Shown here piece by piece: positions 1 to 10,044 of a stretch of DNA of 64,000 nucleotides. The translations under genes and the position numbers were made by a program. The notes under the pieces are model-generated. The model saw nothing but the letters and a program-made list of their open reading frames with translations. It had not been told where the DNA came from and searched no databases. Source of the DNA: Bifidobacteriaceae bacterium (GTDB lineage Bacteria; Actinomycetota; Actinomycetes; Actinomycetales; WQXJ01); assembly GCA_031267825.1 (NCBI GenBank), contig JAIRYJ010000005.1, forward strand, positions 5,765 to 69,764, given 5' to 3'. Positions within the stretch are counted from its first letter, which is position 1; each line of letters opens with the position of its first letter.

Positions 1-2
1 TC

Positions 3-602
3 GGCTCAGATGTTCAAGACACCCTGATCACTGTTCTGAGTGAAAAGATCATGCCGATACCGGAGCTGAGTACGGCTCTGGCGGCTGTTCGCGGATTCAA
101 TGTCATCGCCACCGCCAACAACCGGGATAAAGGCGTCAACGAGTTGTCTTCGGCTTTGAAGCGGCGGTTCAACGTGGTGGTGTTGCCGCTGCCAGGCAGC
201 ATGGAAGAAGAGGTTTCAATTGTGGCGCGGCGTGTCAATGAGATGGCGGCCGGTTTGGATCTGCCTCTGCCGCGCTCAGTTGAGGACCAGATCAGGGCCG
301 TTTTGACGGTTTTTCGGGAGCTGCGTTCTGGTTCAACTGAAGATGGCAAGGTGACACTCAAGGCGCCGTCTTCGACTCTGTCAACAGCCGAGGCGATCGG
401 CACGGTGATTGGTGGATTGTCGCAAGCCACCTGGTTCGCTGGCGGTCGGTTGGGAGCTGATGAATTGGCCGCCAGTATGGTCGGCGCGATTGTCAAAGAC
501 CCGGTGCAGGACAAGCTTGTGCTCGAGGAATACCTCGAAACGGTTTTGAAGAAGCGCCGTCATTCGGCCGCCTATTACGCCGCCTTGAGTGATGCTTTAT
601 GA
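3..602 (+). CDS. MoxR/YehL-like AAA+ ATPase, 5'-truncated by the window edge
   Basis: The frame is open from position 3 (GSDVQDTLITVLSEK...). Motifs FNVIATANNRDKGVNELSSALKRRF (sensor I/Arg finger) and LSTAEAI are present. It is followed by DUF5682 and VWA genes, as in YehL-M-P loci. Confidence 0.85.
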   Translation, partial: GSDVQDTLITVLSEKIMPIPELSTALAAVRGFNVIATANNRDKGVNELSSALKRRFNVVVLPLPGSMEEEVSIVARRVNEMAAGLDLPLPRSVEDQIRAVLTVFRELRSGSTEDGKVTLKAPSSTLSTAEAIGTVIGGLSQATWFAGGRLGADELAASMVGAIVKDPVQDKLVLEEYLETVLKKRRHSAAYYAALSDAL

Positions 603-669
603 CCAGTTCGGGCCTCCGCCTGGTTGTCTTGGCGGGTAGCGTCACTGGGACAGTGGAGCCGCTGATGCG

Positions 670-3153
670 ATGAACGTCCACTATTTTCCGATCCGTCACC
701 ACGGGCCCGGTTCGGCCGCGAGCTTGGTACGTGCCTTGGACCAGTTGAAACCTGCCCTGGTGTTGATTGAGGGTCCGGCTGACGCGAGTGATCTGCTGCC
801 AGCTTTGGCTGATCCTGGGATGGTGCCGCCGGTCGCGTTGCTGTGTTATCCGCCGGGCCGCCCGGCTGCCGCCCGGTTCTGGCCTTTCGCTGAGTTCTCG
901 CCGGAATACCAGGCGGCGTTGTGGGCCGCCCAGCATAAAGCTGAGGCCAGGTTCATCGACTTACCATCGGCCGTGCGCCCACCAGATGATGAAGGGCCAG
1001 ATGAGGTCAACCCAGATGAGGGCACGGAAGCTGGGGGCACGGAAGCTGAAGGTGGTGAAGGTGACCTGGTGGGCGGCATCGGGCAGGGCGGACCTGAAGC
1101 TGGCGGACCTAACCGGCCGGGCGGAACCGACCAAGGCGAGAAAACCCTGGCGGATGATCCGATAGGTCAGCTAGCGGCCGCCGCCGGTCACGACGACCCC
1201 GAATCTTGGTGGTGCGACCTGGTGGAACAAAACCCAGAGCCAGGGCCGGTGTTCGGTGCTGTGAGTGAGGCGATGACCGAGCTGCGGACCGGTCAAGAAA
1301 TTGAACCCTGGGAAGCCAAACGCGAAGCTCAGATGCGCCGGCAGATCGCTCAAGCCGGACGTGATGCCACCGGTCCAATAGCTGTGGTCTGCGGCGCCTG
1401 GCATGTGCCCGGACTCCAAGCTTCGGTCACGGCCAGCGCTGACCGGCAGCTGTTGGCTGGTTTGGCCCGCACCAAAACAACAGCCACTTGGGCGCCCTGG
1501 AGTCACGCTCGTCTGGCTTTCATTTCAGGTTATGGCGCTGGTGTGGCAGCACCAGGCTGGAACCTGCACCTCTGGCGGACTTGGGGGCAGACCAACTCCA
1601 GCACGGTCTGGTTGACGCGGATCGCCCGGCTGCTGCGCGACCGTGGCCACGAGGTTTCGACAGCCTCTCTGATTGAAGCTGAACGCCTGGCCAGCTCCCT
1701 GGCGGCGTTGCGCGGCAGGCCACGGGCAGGTTTCGAGGAACTACGGGACGCGGCGGTAGCTTGCTTGTTCAACGGTGAGGATTTGCTTTGGCGGACAATC
1801 CAGGATGAGCTGCTGCTAGGCCCAGAGATTGGCCAAGTCCCAGAAGGATCGGCCGCCGCGCCACTGATCGAAGATGTTCAAATGGCCCAGCGTGCCGCCC
1901 GGCTCAAACCGGAGGCATTGGAACGTGAACTGGCGGTTGACCTGCGCACCGATTCGGGCAGGCGGCGGTCGCAACTACTGCACCGGCTGGGCGTGCTGGG
2001 CATCGCCTGGGGTGAACTAACTAGCCAGGGCGGTTCGCGTGGAACCTTCCGGGAAAACTGGCTGTTGTGCTGGCGGCCCGAGTTCAGCGTCACCCTGGTT
2101 GAGCGGGTCGTTTACGGGTCAGATCTGATCGGTGCGGCCGGAGCTTACCTGGCCGAACAGATGCACCAGACCGAATCGTTGAGTGACTTAGCGGCCCTGG
2201 TTGGTTTGGCGGTGGCCGCCGAGCTACCCCAAGGCTGGGCCACTGGGCTCCGGTTGCTTGAAGAAAAAGCGGCTTTGACCAGCGACGCTAGTCTGCTGTT
2301 GGGCGCTGTTGCGCCCCTCGCTGAGACGGTGCGTTACGGTCAGGCACGCCAGGTCGACAGCGAACCGTTGCGCCAGTTGGCTGAGCGGATCCTGGTTGAG
2401 GCGGCCCTCGGTTTGCGTCATGCGGCCCGCGGTTTGGATGATTCCGCTGCCCAGGAGTTGGTTCGCCGCTTACGTTCGGCTGGTCGTGGCCTGGAACTGC
2501 TTCAGGGTTCGCCGCCCGCCGGGCCTGATGATGAGGCTCAAACGGATGCAGCGGCTGGGCCGGATCGGTTGGAGGTCAGCCAATCGGAGGCTGGGGCGGA
2601 CGGTGAGGCTCAAACGGATGAAGCGGCTGGGCCGGATCGGTTGGAGGTCAGCCAATCGGAGGCTGGGCCGGATGACACCCAAAGTGTCTGGCTTCGTGCC
2701 CTGCGCCAACTGCTGGGAGATGATCAGGCGGCCGCCTTGGCCGCGGGTTGCGCTGGCCACCTGCTTTACGCTGCCGGTCAGCTTGCCCCGGACGATGCCG
2801 TCGCCCTGATTGAGCGGCACCTGTCACCTGGTACACCGGTAGCTTGGGCGGCACGTTTCATGGAGGGGTTTTTCACCGGTGGCGCCGCCCGGCTGATCTA
2901 TGACCAGGCTTTACGCCAAGCGGTTGACCAATGGGTGAGGCAACTCGCGAACGACGACTTCTTAACTAATCTGCCGTTGCTGCGCCGTGTCTTCTCAGAC
3001 CTGGACACGACAGAACGTAAACGGTTGATCGATGCCGTCTTCCGGCAATCAGGTGCCAGGGACTTACCTGGGCTGGTGGCGGCACCGCCGGGAGCTTGGG
3101 ATGAACATTTGCGGGTCCTGCTGCCGTTGCTATTAGGGAGGGGCGATGACTGA
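670..3153 (+). CDS. DUF5682 (YehM-like) protein
   Basis: Motifs IRHHGPGSA, VLIEGPAD, FSPEYQA, REAQMR, VVCGAWH and GTFRENW; lies between AAA and VWA genes. Confidence 0.85.
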   Translation: MNVHYFPIRHHGPGSAASLVRALDQLKPALVLIEGPADASDLLPALADPGMVPPVALLCYPPGRPAAARFWPFAEFSPEYQAALWAAQHKAEARFIDLPSAVRPPDDEGPDEVNPDEGTEAGGTEAEGGEGDLVGGIGQGGPEAGGPNRPGGTDQGEKTLADDPIGQLAAAAGHDDPESWWCDLVEQNPEPGPVFGAVSEAMTELRTGQEIEPWEAKREAQMRRQIAQAGRDATGPIAVVCGAWHVPGLQASVTASADRQLLAGLARTKTTATWAPWSHARLAFISGYGAGVAAPGWNLHLWRTWGQTNSSTVWLTRIARLLRDRGHEVSTASLIEAERLASSLAALRGRPRAGFEELRDAAVACLFNGEDLLWRTIQDELLLGPEIGQVPEGSAAAPLIEDVQMAQRAARLKPEALERELAVDLRTDSGRRRSQLLHRLGVLGIAWGELTSQGGSRGTFRENWLLCWRPEFSVTLVERVVYGSDLIGAAGAYLAEQMHQTESLSDLAALVGLAVAAELPQGWATGLRLLEEKAALTSDASLLLGAVAPLAETVRYGQARQVDSEPLRQLAERILVEAALGLRHAARGLDDSAAQELVRRLRSAGRGLELLQGSPPAGPDDEAQTDAAAGPDRLEVSQSEAGADGEAQTDEAAGPDRLEVSQSEAGPDDTQSVWLRALRQLLGDDQAAALAAGCAGHLLYAAGQLAPDDAVALIERHLSPGTPVAWAARFMEGFFTGGAARLIYDQALRQAVDQWVRQLANDDFLTNLPLLRRVFSDLDTTERKRLIDAVFRQSGARDLPGLVAAPPGAWDEHLRVLLPLLLGRGDD
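2521..2676 (+). repeat. 72-bp in-frame tandem duplication (about 2.2 copies) inside the DUF5682 gene
   Basis: The 24-aa unit containing EAQTD(A/E)AAGPDRLEVSQSEAG is repeated at 2521 and 2593. Confidence 0.9.
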
Positions 3154-4555
3154 CGATGCTATGACTGACGGTCTACCGCCTGACGGTGGTCTCTCCAACG
3201 AGTTGGTGCCTGACGGTGGGCTCCCCAAGGAGGTGGTGGCTGGACAGTCCCAGCCTGACGGCGGGCTGCCTGATGGTGTGACAGGCGACCAGGCCGCCTT
3301 CCTCGATGAGGCGGCCGATTCAAGCGATGAGGCTGGACGGCGCTGGAGTTTGATGCTCGGCATGGATCAGGACCTGAACCCGGCCGACAGGCGCCTGTCG
3401 GCCGCACTGGGCGCCGTCTACGGCTCATACGAGCCAGACGAGCCAGGCAAGACAGGCAGATCAGGCAGATCAGGCAAGAAGCCTGACAAGAGCTCAAACC
3501 GACGCGGTGGTTTAAACCGGTCATCACCTAAAGCCCTGGCCACCTGGCTAAGTGACGTGCGTGAACTGCTACCCAGAGGAGTCGCCCAAGTGGTTCAACG
3601 TGACGCCTTGGAACGCCTCGGGTTGAAACAGTTGCTGATGGAACCGGAAGTCCTTGAGTCAATCGATCGCGACGTCAACTTGGTGGCGGACCTGATAGCA
3701 CTCAGTTCAGTCATCCCAGACAAATCCAAGCAAGTCGCCCGTGAAGTAGTCGCTGAAGTGGTGCGCGAGCTGATGAAACGGCTCGAACAACGCACCGCGG
3801 AAGCTATCCGGGGTGCCCTTGACCGGTCACGCCGGACCAACCGGCCACGCCCGGCTGACATTGACTGGCCGCGCACTATAACCGCCAATTTGCGCCATTA
3901 CCAGCCGGAATACCGCAGTGTCGTGCCGGAGCGGCTGATCGGTTTTCTGCGTCATCAACGCCGAATTTCGGACCTTGATGAGGTTGTCATGTGTGTTGAC
4001 CAGTCTGGTTCGATGGCGTCATCGGTTGTTTACGCCTCGATCTTCTCGGCTGTGATGGCGTCAATTCCGGCCATCGCGACAAAGCTGATCTGCTTTGACA
4101 CGGCCGTGGTTGATCTGACCAGTCAATTGGCTGATCCAGTCGATGTTCTGTTCGGTGTTCAGCTAGGCGGTGGCACAGACATTAACCAGGCGGTGGCCTA
4201 CTGCGCGGAACAGATTGAACGTCCCAGCAAGACACACCTGATTCTGCTGACCGATCTGTTCGAGGGCGGTAACGCTAAACAACTGCTACAGCGTCTGGCC
4301 CGCCTGGTGCGCTCCGGTGTCAATGTGATCTGTTTGCTGGCACTAACAGACCAAGGTGACCCGGGGTTTGACTCCGACATGGCTGGCAAGGTGGCGGCGC
4401 TCAACATCCCATCATTCGGTTGCACGCCGGACCAGTTCCCTGACTTGATGGCGGCCGCTTTGCGTCACGAGGACGTCGCCGCCTGGGCGGCAACGGCGGA
4501 CATCGCCTTGATCCGGCCCGCCGCCAACCCCGCCAAGGCTGAACAGACCAGCTAA
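3146..4555 (+). CDS. VWA (CoxE/YehP-like) domain protein
   Basis: MIDAS motif VDQSGSM, GGGTDI, LTDLFEG and IDWPRTI; overlaps the DUF5682 stop. Confidence 0.85.
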   Translation: MTDDAMTDGLPPDGGLSNELVPDGGLPKEVVAGQSQPDGGLPDGVTGDQAAFLDEAADSSDEAGRRWSLMLGMDQDLNPADRRLSAALGAVYGSYEPDEPGKTGRSGRSGKKPDKSSNRRGGLNRSSPKALATWLSDVRELLPRGVAQVVQRDALERLGLKQLLMEPEVLESIDRDVNLVADLIALSSVIPDKSKQVAREVVAEVVRELMKRLEQRTAEAIRGALDRSRRTNRPRPADIDWPRTITANLRHYQPEYRSVVPERLIGFLRHQRRISDLDEVVMCVDQSGSMASSVVYASIFSAVMASIPAIATKLICFDTAVVDLTSQLADPVDVLFGVQLGGGTDINQAVAYCAEQIERPSKTHLILLTDLFEGGNAKQLLQRLARLVRSGVNVICLLALTDQGDPGFDSDMAGKVAALNIPSFGCTPDQFPDLMAAALRHEDVAAWAATADIALIRPAANPAKAEQTS

Positions 4556-4706
4556 GAACCCGCTAAGAACCAGCTTCGAACCTGGCTGGAGCCCGCCGCC
4601 GACCGCCAACCGCCGCCGACCGCCTCCAACCCGGCCAGGTGTTCGCCTTCAGGGAAAGAAAGCCAGGTCCGCCCAACGCTCAAGACACCTCACCTAAGCT
4701 GGAGGG

Positions 4707-5549
4707 GTGAGTGACGCGCCAATCGGGATCTTCGACTCCGGGCTTGGGGGATTGACCGTGGCGCGGGCAGTGCTGGACCAACTGCCAGACGAATCGATCC
4801 TCTACTTGGGTGACACCAAACACACGCCCTATGGGCCTCGGCCGATCGCTGAAGTCAGGGCATTAGCCTTGGCCGGGCTTGACCGACTGGTGTCTGAAGG
4901 AGTCAAACTGCTGGTCATAGCCTGCAACACGGCATCGGCCGCTGTTCTGCCTGATGCCCGCGAACGTTACGAACAAGGCCAAGGCGTCCCCGTCTTAGAG
5001 GTCATCCGCCCGGCGGTGCGCCGGGCCGTTAAAGCCACCCGCAACGGACGGGTCGGCGTGATAGCCACCAGCACCACGATTGATTCAGGTGCCTACCAGG
5101 ACGCGTTCGCGGCAGCGCCACACCTCGCCTTGTCGACTCAAGCTTGCCCCAGGTTTGTTGAACTGGTGGAGGCCGGTTCGACATCAGGCCAAGAAGTCAT
5201 CAGAGTGGCCGAATCCTACCTTGACGGCATGCGGCAAGCTCAGGTCGACACCTTGGTGCTGGGCTGCACTCACTATCCTCTGCTGACCGGGGTCTTGTCC
5301 TACGTCATGGGGCCGGATGTGACCCTGGTGTCATCAGCCGAAGAAACAGCTCAAGACGTCTTCCGCCATTTGGCGATCGGCGCCCTGGGGCGCGGGCCGT
5401 CAACCGCGCCACCGCGCCACCGCTTTTGCACAACTGGTGACCAGGTGGCGTTTTCGCACCTGGTGGGACGGTTCCTTGGTCCTGTCGGGGAGCGATGGGA
5501 GACCGTCGCGATCGGTGACGCGGCCCGGCCAGCTAGAGCAACGCCATGA
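4707..5549 (+). CDS. murI: Glutamate racemase
   Basis: Motifs [18 protein letters not shown] and LGCTHYP. Confidence 0.97.
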   Translation: MSDAPIGIFDSGLGGLTVARAVLDQLPDESILYLGDTKHTPYGPRPIAEVRALALAGLDRLVSEGVKLLVIACNTASAAVLPDARERYEQGQGVPVLEVIRPAVRRAVKATRNGRVGVIATSTTIDSGAYQDAFAAAPHLALSTQACPRFVELVEAGSTSGQEVIRVAESYLDGMRQAQVDTLVLGCTHYPLLTGVLSYVMGPDVTLVSSAEETAQDVFRHLAIGALGRGPSTAPPRHRFCTTGDQVAFSHLVGRFLGPVGERWETVAIGDAARPARATP

Positions 5550-5585
5550 GAACTGAGCCAACACCATGAGAGCAGGTGGCGCACC

Positions 5586-6371
5586 ATGAGACTGGTCATT
5601 ATCGGATGCACTGGTTCACTGGCTGGCCCAGAATCGCCGGCCTCAAGTTACCTGCTGCAAACCCGAGACTCAGACGGACGCCTGTGGAGCATCGCACTGG
5701 ACCTCGGTTCAGGAGCCTTCGGTCCGCTTCAAGCCATGGTGCCACCAGAAGCCCTCGACTTTGTTGGCCTCAGCCACCTCCACCCAGATCACTGTGCCGA
5801 CCTGACCGGACTGGCGGTTTACGCCAAGTACCGTCCCGGTGCGGCCATGAGTTCACTACCTGTCTATGGCCCAGCCGACACGCCGCGCCAGCTAGCGGCC
5901 TTGCAATACGCTCACGATCCGACCTCAGAAGGCGGGGACTTCCACTACGGCTGGTGGAGCGAAGGCCAACCGGTCGGCATCGGACCTTTTGAAATAACGC
6001 CCTACCAAATGCTGCACCCGGTCGAAACTTGGGGCTTCCGGGTGGCTGGCCCGTCTGACCTGCGCCCTGGCCGCCAAGTTGTGCTGGGATATACCGGCGA
6101 TACGGACACCACCCCGGGTCTAGCCAAGGTGGCGCGTGATGTTGACTTGCTGCTGATTGAGGCTGCCTTCGAGGAGGGCCGCGATGTCGTGCGTGGCATC
6201 CATTTGACTGGTCAGCGGGCTGGTGAGGCGGCCGCTGAGGGGCAAGCCCGGCGTGTTGTGGTGACGCATCTGCCGCCCTGGAATGACCCGGAAATCACCC
6301 TTAACGCGGTTCGCCAAGCCTATGACGGGCCGGTTTACCTGGCTCGGCGCGGAGCGTCCTACCAGTTGTAG
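5586..6371 (+). CDS. MBL-fold metallo-hydrolase (RNase Z-like)
   Basis: SHLHPDH motif and YTGDT; conserved actinobacterial position between murI and rph. Confidence 0.9.
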   Translation: MRLVIIGCTGSLAGPESPASSYLLQTRDSDGRLWSIALDLGSGAFGPLQAMVPPEALDFVGLSHLHPDHCADLTGLAVYAKYRPGAAMSSLPVYGPADTPRQLAALQYAHDPTSEGGDFHYGWWSEGQPVGIGPFEITPYQMLHPVETWGFRVAGPSDLRPGRQVVLGYTGDTDTTPGLAKVARDVDLLLIEAAFEEGRDVVRGIHLTGQRAGEAAAEGQARRVVVTHLPPWNDPEITLNAVRQAYDGPVYLARRGASYQL

Positions 6372-6467
6372 CGGACCACCCAGCAACGGCCCACCAGGTG
6401 GCCCAGTCAGGTGACCCGGTCCGCTGGGTGGCTGGAGGAACCAGGACAGGCAGGTAAGGTCTTGGGG

Positions 6468-7208
6468 GTGACCGCATTCCTCCGGGCCGATGGCCGACTT
6501 GTTGATCAACTCCGGCCAGTTTCAATTGAGCGCGGCTGGCTGGATCATGCTGAAGGCTCAGCTTTGATCGTTTGTGGCGCGACCCGTGTGCTGTGCGCCG
6601 CCACGTTCACCCCCGGTGTGCCGCGTTGGCGTAAAGGTACTGGTGACGGCTGGGTGACGGCCGAATATTCGATGCTGCCGCGAGCCACAACGCAACGATC
6701 TGACCGTGAATCGGTTCGGGGGAAGATCGGCGGCCGGACGCATGAGATTTCGCGTCTGATCGGCCGTGCTTTGCGTTCAGTTATCGACATGCGGGCTTTG
6801 GGTGAGAACACCATCCAGATTGATTGCGACGTCCTGCAAGCCGACGGCGGCACCCGGACGGCATCTATTACAGGCGCTTATGTCGCATTGGCCGATGCCG
6901 TCGCCTGGGCTACCAGCAAAGGTTTTGTTGAGCGCCGGTCGCCAGTTCTGACAGGTTCGGTGGCAGCGGTATCAGTCGGGATTGTGGACGGTACACCGGT
7001 GTTGGACCTGCCATATGACGAGGATGTCAGGGCCGAAACTGACATGAATGTGGTGGTCAACGCGGCGGGCGAGTTTATTGAAGTGCAAGGCACAGCTGAA
7101 CACGCGCCGTTCTCCAGGATGGAATTGAACCGCCTGCTTGACTTGGCGGTGGCCGGCTGTGAACAGTTGCGCGCTATTCAATCCAGTGTGCTTGGTATTG
7201 ATGGATGA
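6468..7208 (+). CDS. rph: Ribonuclease PH
   Basis: Motifs [33 protein letters not shown] and EVQGTAE. Start placed at GTG 6468, 7 nt after TAAGGT. Confidence 0.96.
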   Translation: MTAFLRADGRLVDQLRPVSIERGWLDHAEGSALIVCGATRVLCAATFTPGVPRWRKGTGDGWVTAEYSMLPRATTQRSDRESVRGKIGGRTHEISRLIGRALRSVIDMRALGENTIQIDCDVLQADGGTRTASITGAYVALADAVAWATSKGFVERRSPVLTGSVAAVSVGIVDGTPVLDLPYDEDVRAETDMNVVVNAAGEFIEVQGTAEHAPFSRMELNRLLDLAVAGCEQLRAIQSSVLGIDG

Positions 7209-7863
7209 TCTGGTCGTGACTGGTGGTGAGGTGGCTGGTGGGGCTGGCGCGGGATCGCGTCGGTTGGTCTTAGCGACAGCCAATGATCACAAGGTCCGGG
7301 AATTGCGGGCCATCTTGGAGCGGAGCGGGGCTTTAGGGGATGGCGAAATCGTTGCTTTGGCGTCTCTTGGGGTCGATTCGCCAGTTGAGGATGGTTTGAC
7401 TTTCGCTGACAACGCACTGCTTAAGGCCCACCACGCGGTGGCCGCTACCGGGTTGCCTTGTGTGGCGGATGATTCTGGTCTGTGTGTGGCGGCATTGAGC
7501 GGTATGCCGGGTGTTTTTTCGGCTCGGTGGGCTGGTGGCCATGGCGATGACGCGGCCAATCTGCGTCTTTTGCTGGACCAGTTGCGGGATGTGGTGGACG
7601 CCCAACGTGATGCTTGGTTCGAGTGTGCCGCCGTACTGGTCCGACCGGACGGGTGCGAATCGGTCGAATACGGCAGGATGCCTGGCCGGTTGGCTCGTCA
7701 GCCACGCGGTTCGGGTGGTTTTGGTTACGATCCGATCCTGATACCGGATGGTATGGACTTGACGGCCGCCGAGCTAACAAGTGAGCAGAAGAACGCCATA
7801 TCACACCGCGGTAAGGCTTTCCGGGCGCTCGCGCCCGCCATCAAACTGGCGCTCAACCGCTAA
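7201..7863 (+). CDS. rdgB: Non-canonical purine NTP pyrophosphatase (HAM1 family)
   Basis: Motifs [23 protein letters not shown] and ISHRG; directly follows rph. Confidence 0.95.
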   Translation: MDDLVVTGGEVAGGAGAGSRRLVLATANDHKVRELRAILERSGALGDGEIVALASLGVDSPVEDGLTFADNALLKAHHAVAATGLPCVADDSGLCVAALSGMPGVFSARWAGGHGDDAANLRLLLDQLRDVVDAQRDAWFECAAVLVRPDGCESVEYGRMPGRLARQPRGSGGFGYDPILIPDGMDLTAAELTSEQKNAISHRGKAFRALAPAIKLALNR

Positions 7864-7994
7864 CAGGGCGCGGAGAATTACACCCTTTCTTACACCCTAT
7901 TTCCGGTTTTCTACGGGCTCTCAGGTTCCCGCAACCGCACTGCCAGACCACCTCATTGAACCGCAGAAATGGGCCTTGACCTGGTGGTTTGGTT

Positions 7995-8070
7995 TGGTGC
8001 GCCATCAGGGACTCGAACCCCGAACCCGCGGATTAAGAGTCCGCTGCTCTGCCAGTTGAGCTAATGGCGC
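7995..8070 (-). tRNA. tRNA-Lys (anticodon CTT)
   Basis: Reverse complement GCGCCATTAGCTCAACTGGCAGAGCAGCGGACTCTTAATCCGCGGGTTCGGGGTTCGAGTCCCTGATGGCGCACCA folds as a 76-nt cloverleaf with encoded CCA. Confidence 0.97.
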
Positions 8071-8141
8071 GTGACACGACACTTTAGCACGTTGTGGCTG
8101 GCCTCCGGCCCAGAACCCGGCTAAGACCAGAGCCGGTTAGG

Positions 8142-8588
8142 TCATAGGTACATGCCCGCCCCTTGCGGGCTGTCACCATCTTGCGCCACACCGTGGACGT
8201 TACGTTCGCGTAGCAACAGGTAAGTCTGCCCGCCGATCTCCACTTCAGCGCGGTCCTCTGGATCGAACAGGACACGGTCACCCAGCGCCACCTGGCGCAC
8301 GCTAGAACCCAAAGCGACAACATGAGCCCAGGCCAGACGTTTACCGACGGCTGCGGTGGCCGGTATCAGAATGCCGCCAGCCGAGCGCCGTTCGGCCGAT
8401 TCCGCGTCCAGCATGACTAGTAGACGATCCGCTAAGAGCCGGACTGGGAGCGGCTCGTCAGGCAGCTTAGGCTGCGGCGGGGTGTGCCGGGGAGGAGCTG
8501 GGACCGGGTGGGCGGCATCGTCCGTCTTCTTGTCCGATGCCGACCGCTTGGCCCCGTGGTCCGCTTTGGTTCCGGCTGTGCCCGTCAC
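8142..8588 (-). CDS. GroES-family co-chaperonin homolog (orphan actinobacterial type)
   Basis: LADRLLV...SAGGILIPATA...GDRVLF...LLRERNV. The GTG start at 8588 overlaps the upstream stop (GTGA). Confidence 0.85.
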   Translation of the reverse strand: MTGTAGTKADHGAKRSASDKKTDDAAHPVPAPPRHTPPQPKLPDEPLPVRLLADRLLVMLDAESAERRSAGGILIPATAAVGKRLAWAHVVALGSSVRQVALGDRVLFDPEDRAEVEIGGQTYLLLRERNVHGVAQDGDSPQGAGMYL

Positions 8589-8848
8589 TTGCGCCGCCCG
8601 CTGACCCGCCGGGCGATCGCGATAGCGACCAAAGCCGCCAAGGCGGCGGCGCTGACCATGACCCAAACTTTGATGCGGCCATCCGGTTGGAGTGTGGCTG
8701 ACTTCGCGGCGCTGACCAGCGTGGTTTTGGCTTCACTGGCCAGGGCGGCAGGCTTCAGACGTTCCTTTAGCCGGTCAATGGTTTCGGTCAGAGCGGCTTG
8801 CTGGGCCTGAAGTTCGGCGGCGAGCGCTGCTGGCGATGGCTTATCCAT
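8585..8848 (-). CDS. DUF3618-like small membrane-anchored protein
   Basis: ELQAQQAALTETIDRLKERLKP plus a C-terminal TM helix; usual neighbour of the orphan GroES gene. Confidence 0.75.
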   Translation of the reverse strand: MDKPSPAALAAELQAQQAALTETIDRLKERLKPAALASEAKTTLVSAAKSATLQPDGRIKVWVMVSAAALAALVAIAIARRVSGRRK

Positions 8849-9029
8849 CCCTCCAGGTTAGCCGTCATCGCCCAGCGTTGCGGCGTTGGGGCGGCCCGCC
8901 TGGCCGAGTTGGAAGCAACAAACCCTCATCGTGCGTGAGGCTCTAGCGGCCGGGCTGACCGCTCTGGGCAGTGGATGGACAACCTATCGGGTTGGGTCCG
9001 ACGCACGCCATGAGCTAATGTCCTTTGGG

Positions 9030-9113
9030 GCGCCAGTGGCGGAATTGGCAGACGCGCAGGATTTAGGTTCCTGTGCCTTCACGGGCGTGGGGGTTCAAGT
9101 CCCCCCTGGCGCA
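9030..9113 (+). tRNA. tRNA-Leu (anticodon TAG)
   Basis: GCGCCAGTGGCGGAATTGGCAGACGCG-CAGGA-TTTAGGT-TCCTG, long variable arm, GGGGGTTCAAGTCCCCC, CTGGCGCA. CCA is not fully encoded (followed by CCC). Confidence 0.96.
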
Positions 9114-9284
9114 CCCTGTAGTGACCTTCAGGCCTGTTGGCCACCAAGTCCGTCTTCGTCAAGCCGTCAATCTCCGGAGGGGCCGCTTTGGCGTGACTAC
9201 CTGCGAAACGGGCCGGAAGCGCCTGTTAGGTCAGTTCCTAATCGGTCAGCTCCAAAGGGGCCTCGAAGTCAGTCGGGGCTGTGG

Positions 9285-9749
9285 CTAGGGCTGGGATGGG
9301 CGGGTGTCGGTCCAGACAATGATCAGCTTGCGTTCCGCGAAACGCCAGCCCTGCTCCGTCCGCGCGAAGAGGTCTTCATAGCGGATCGACATGACAATGA
9401 GCTTGCGCTCGCCGCCGTCCTCAAGCAGATGGTGGGCCAGGCAGTAAGTCTCGCCGGTGGCGGAATCGCCCGCCAGCGTGACAGTTGATTGCCCGTTGAA
9501 ATGTGTTGTGGCGGCGTATTGAGACAAAGTGCGAAAGCCCGCAAGATGGTCTTCTCGGGTGGTTAACGTTTGCGCTGGCGGAGTTTCGGTGGATCCCATG
9601 TAGACAACTGTGCGTCCACCTTCGCTGTACAAGCCGTATTGTTTTTCAGGTTCACGGAAGTCGGCGTGGTGGGCGTAAGCGTCGATCAGTTGGCGGATCG
9701 CCAGACGGTCGGCGAACTCCTTTAGAGAAAGGTTCGGGTGTGTGATCAT
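9285..9749 (-). CDS. SnoaL-like / NTF2-family protein
   Basis: DRLAIRQLIDAYAHHAD...THFNGQ...YCLAHH...RYED...WRFAER; an RBS-like AAGGGGA lies upstream. Confidence 0.85.
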   Translation of the reverse strand: MITHPNLSLKEFADRLAIRQLIDAYAHHADFREPEKQYGLYSEGGRTVVYMGSTETPPAQTLTTREDHLAGFRTLSQYAATTHFNGQSTVTLAGDSATGETYCLAHHLLEDGGERKLIVMSIRYEDLFARTEQGWRFAERKLIIVWTDTRPSQP

Positions 9750-10044
9750 GAAATCCCCTTTGCTTGGGTCTGTTGGCTAACCTGCTTTGGCTCCATGATG
9801 GTCGGTCGGCTTTAGGTTTCTTGGTCGTCACTTCCGCTGAAGCGGTCAACCTGTCCAAGGGTCAGTTGAAAAGACGAACAACGATGGAGTTGTTCGAGGA
9901 TATCGGCAAGACTCGGACGATGCCGTCTGACGCGTCGGCCCGCGTCAAGTTGGGTCGCGGAGGGTGTTATGTGGCACCCGCCCAGCTCAACCAGAGGTTG
10001 GAATCCGTGGCGGGTGCGCCGAGGTTTCGTTTCGCGGGGTGCCG

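Noticed and set aside
8886-9488. 200-aa plus-strand ORF
   Set aside because: It overlaps tRNA-Leu and the SnoaL gene and has no recognisable motifs; treated as a shadow ORF.
9875-9896. 8-bp inverted repeat CGAACAAC/GTTGTTCG upstream of the SnoaL gene
   Set aside because: A single short instance with no adjacent regulator; insufficient support.
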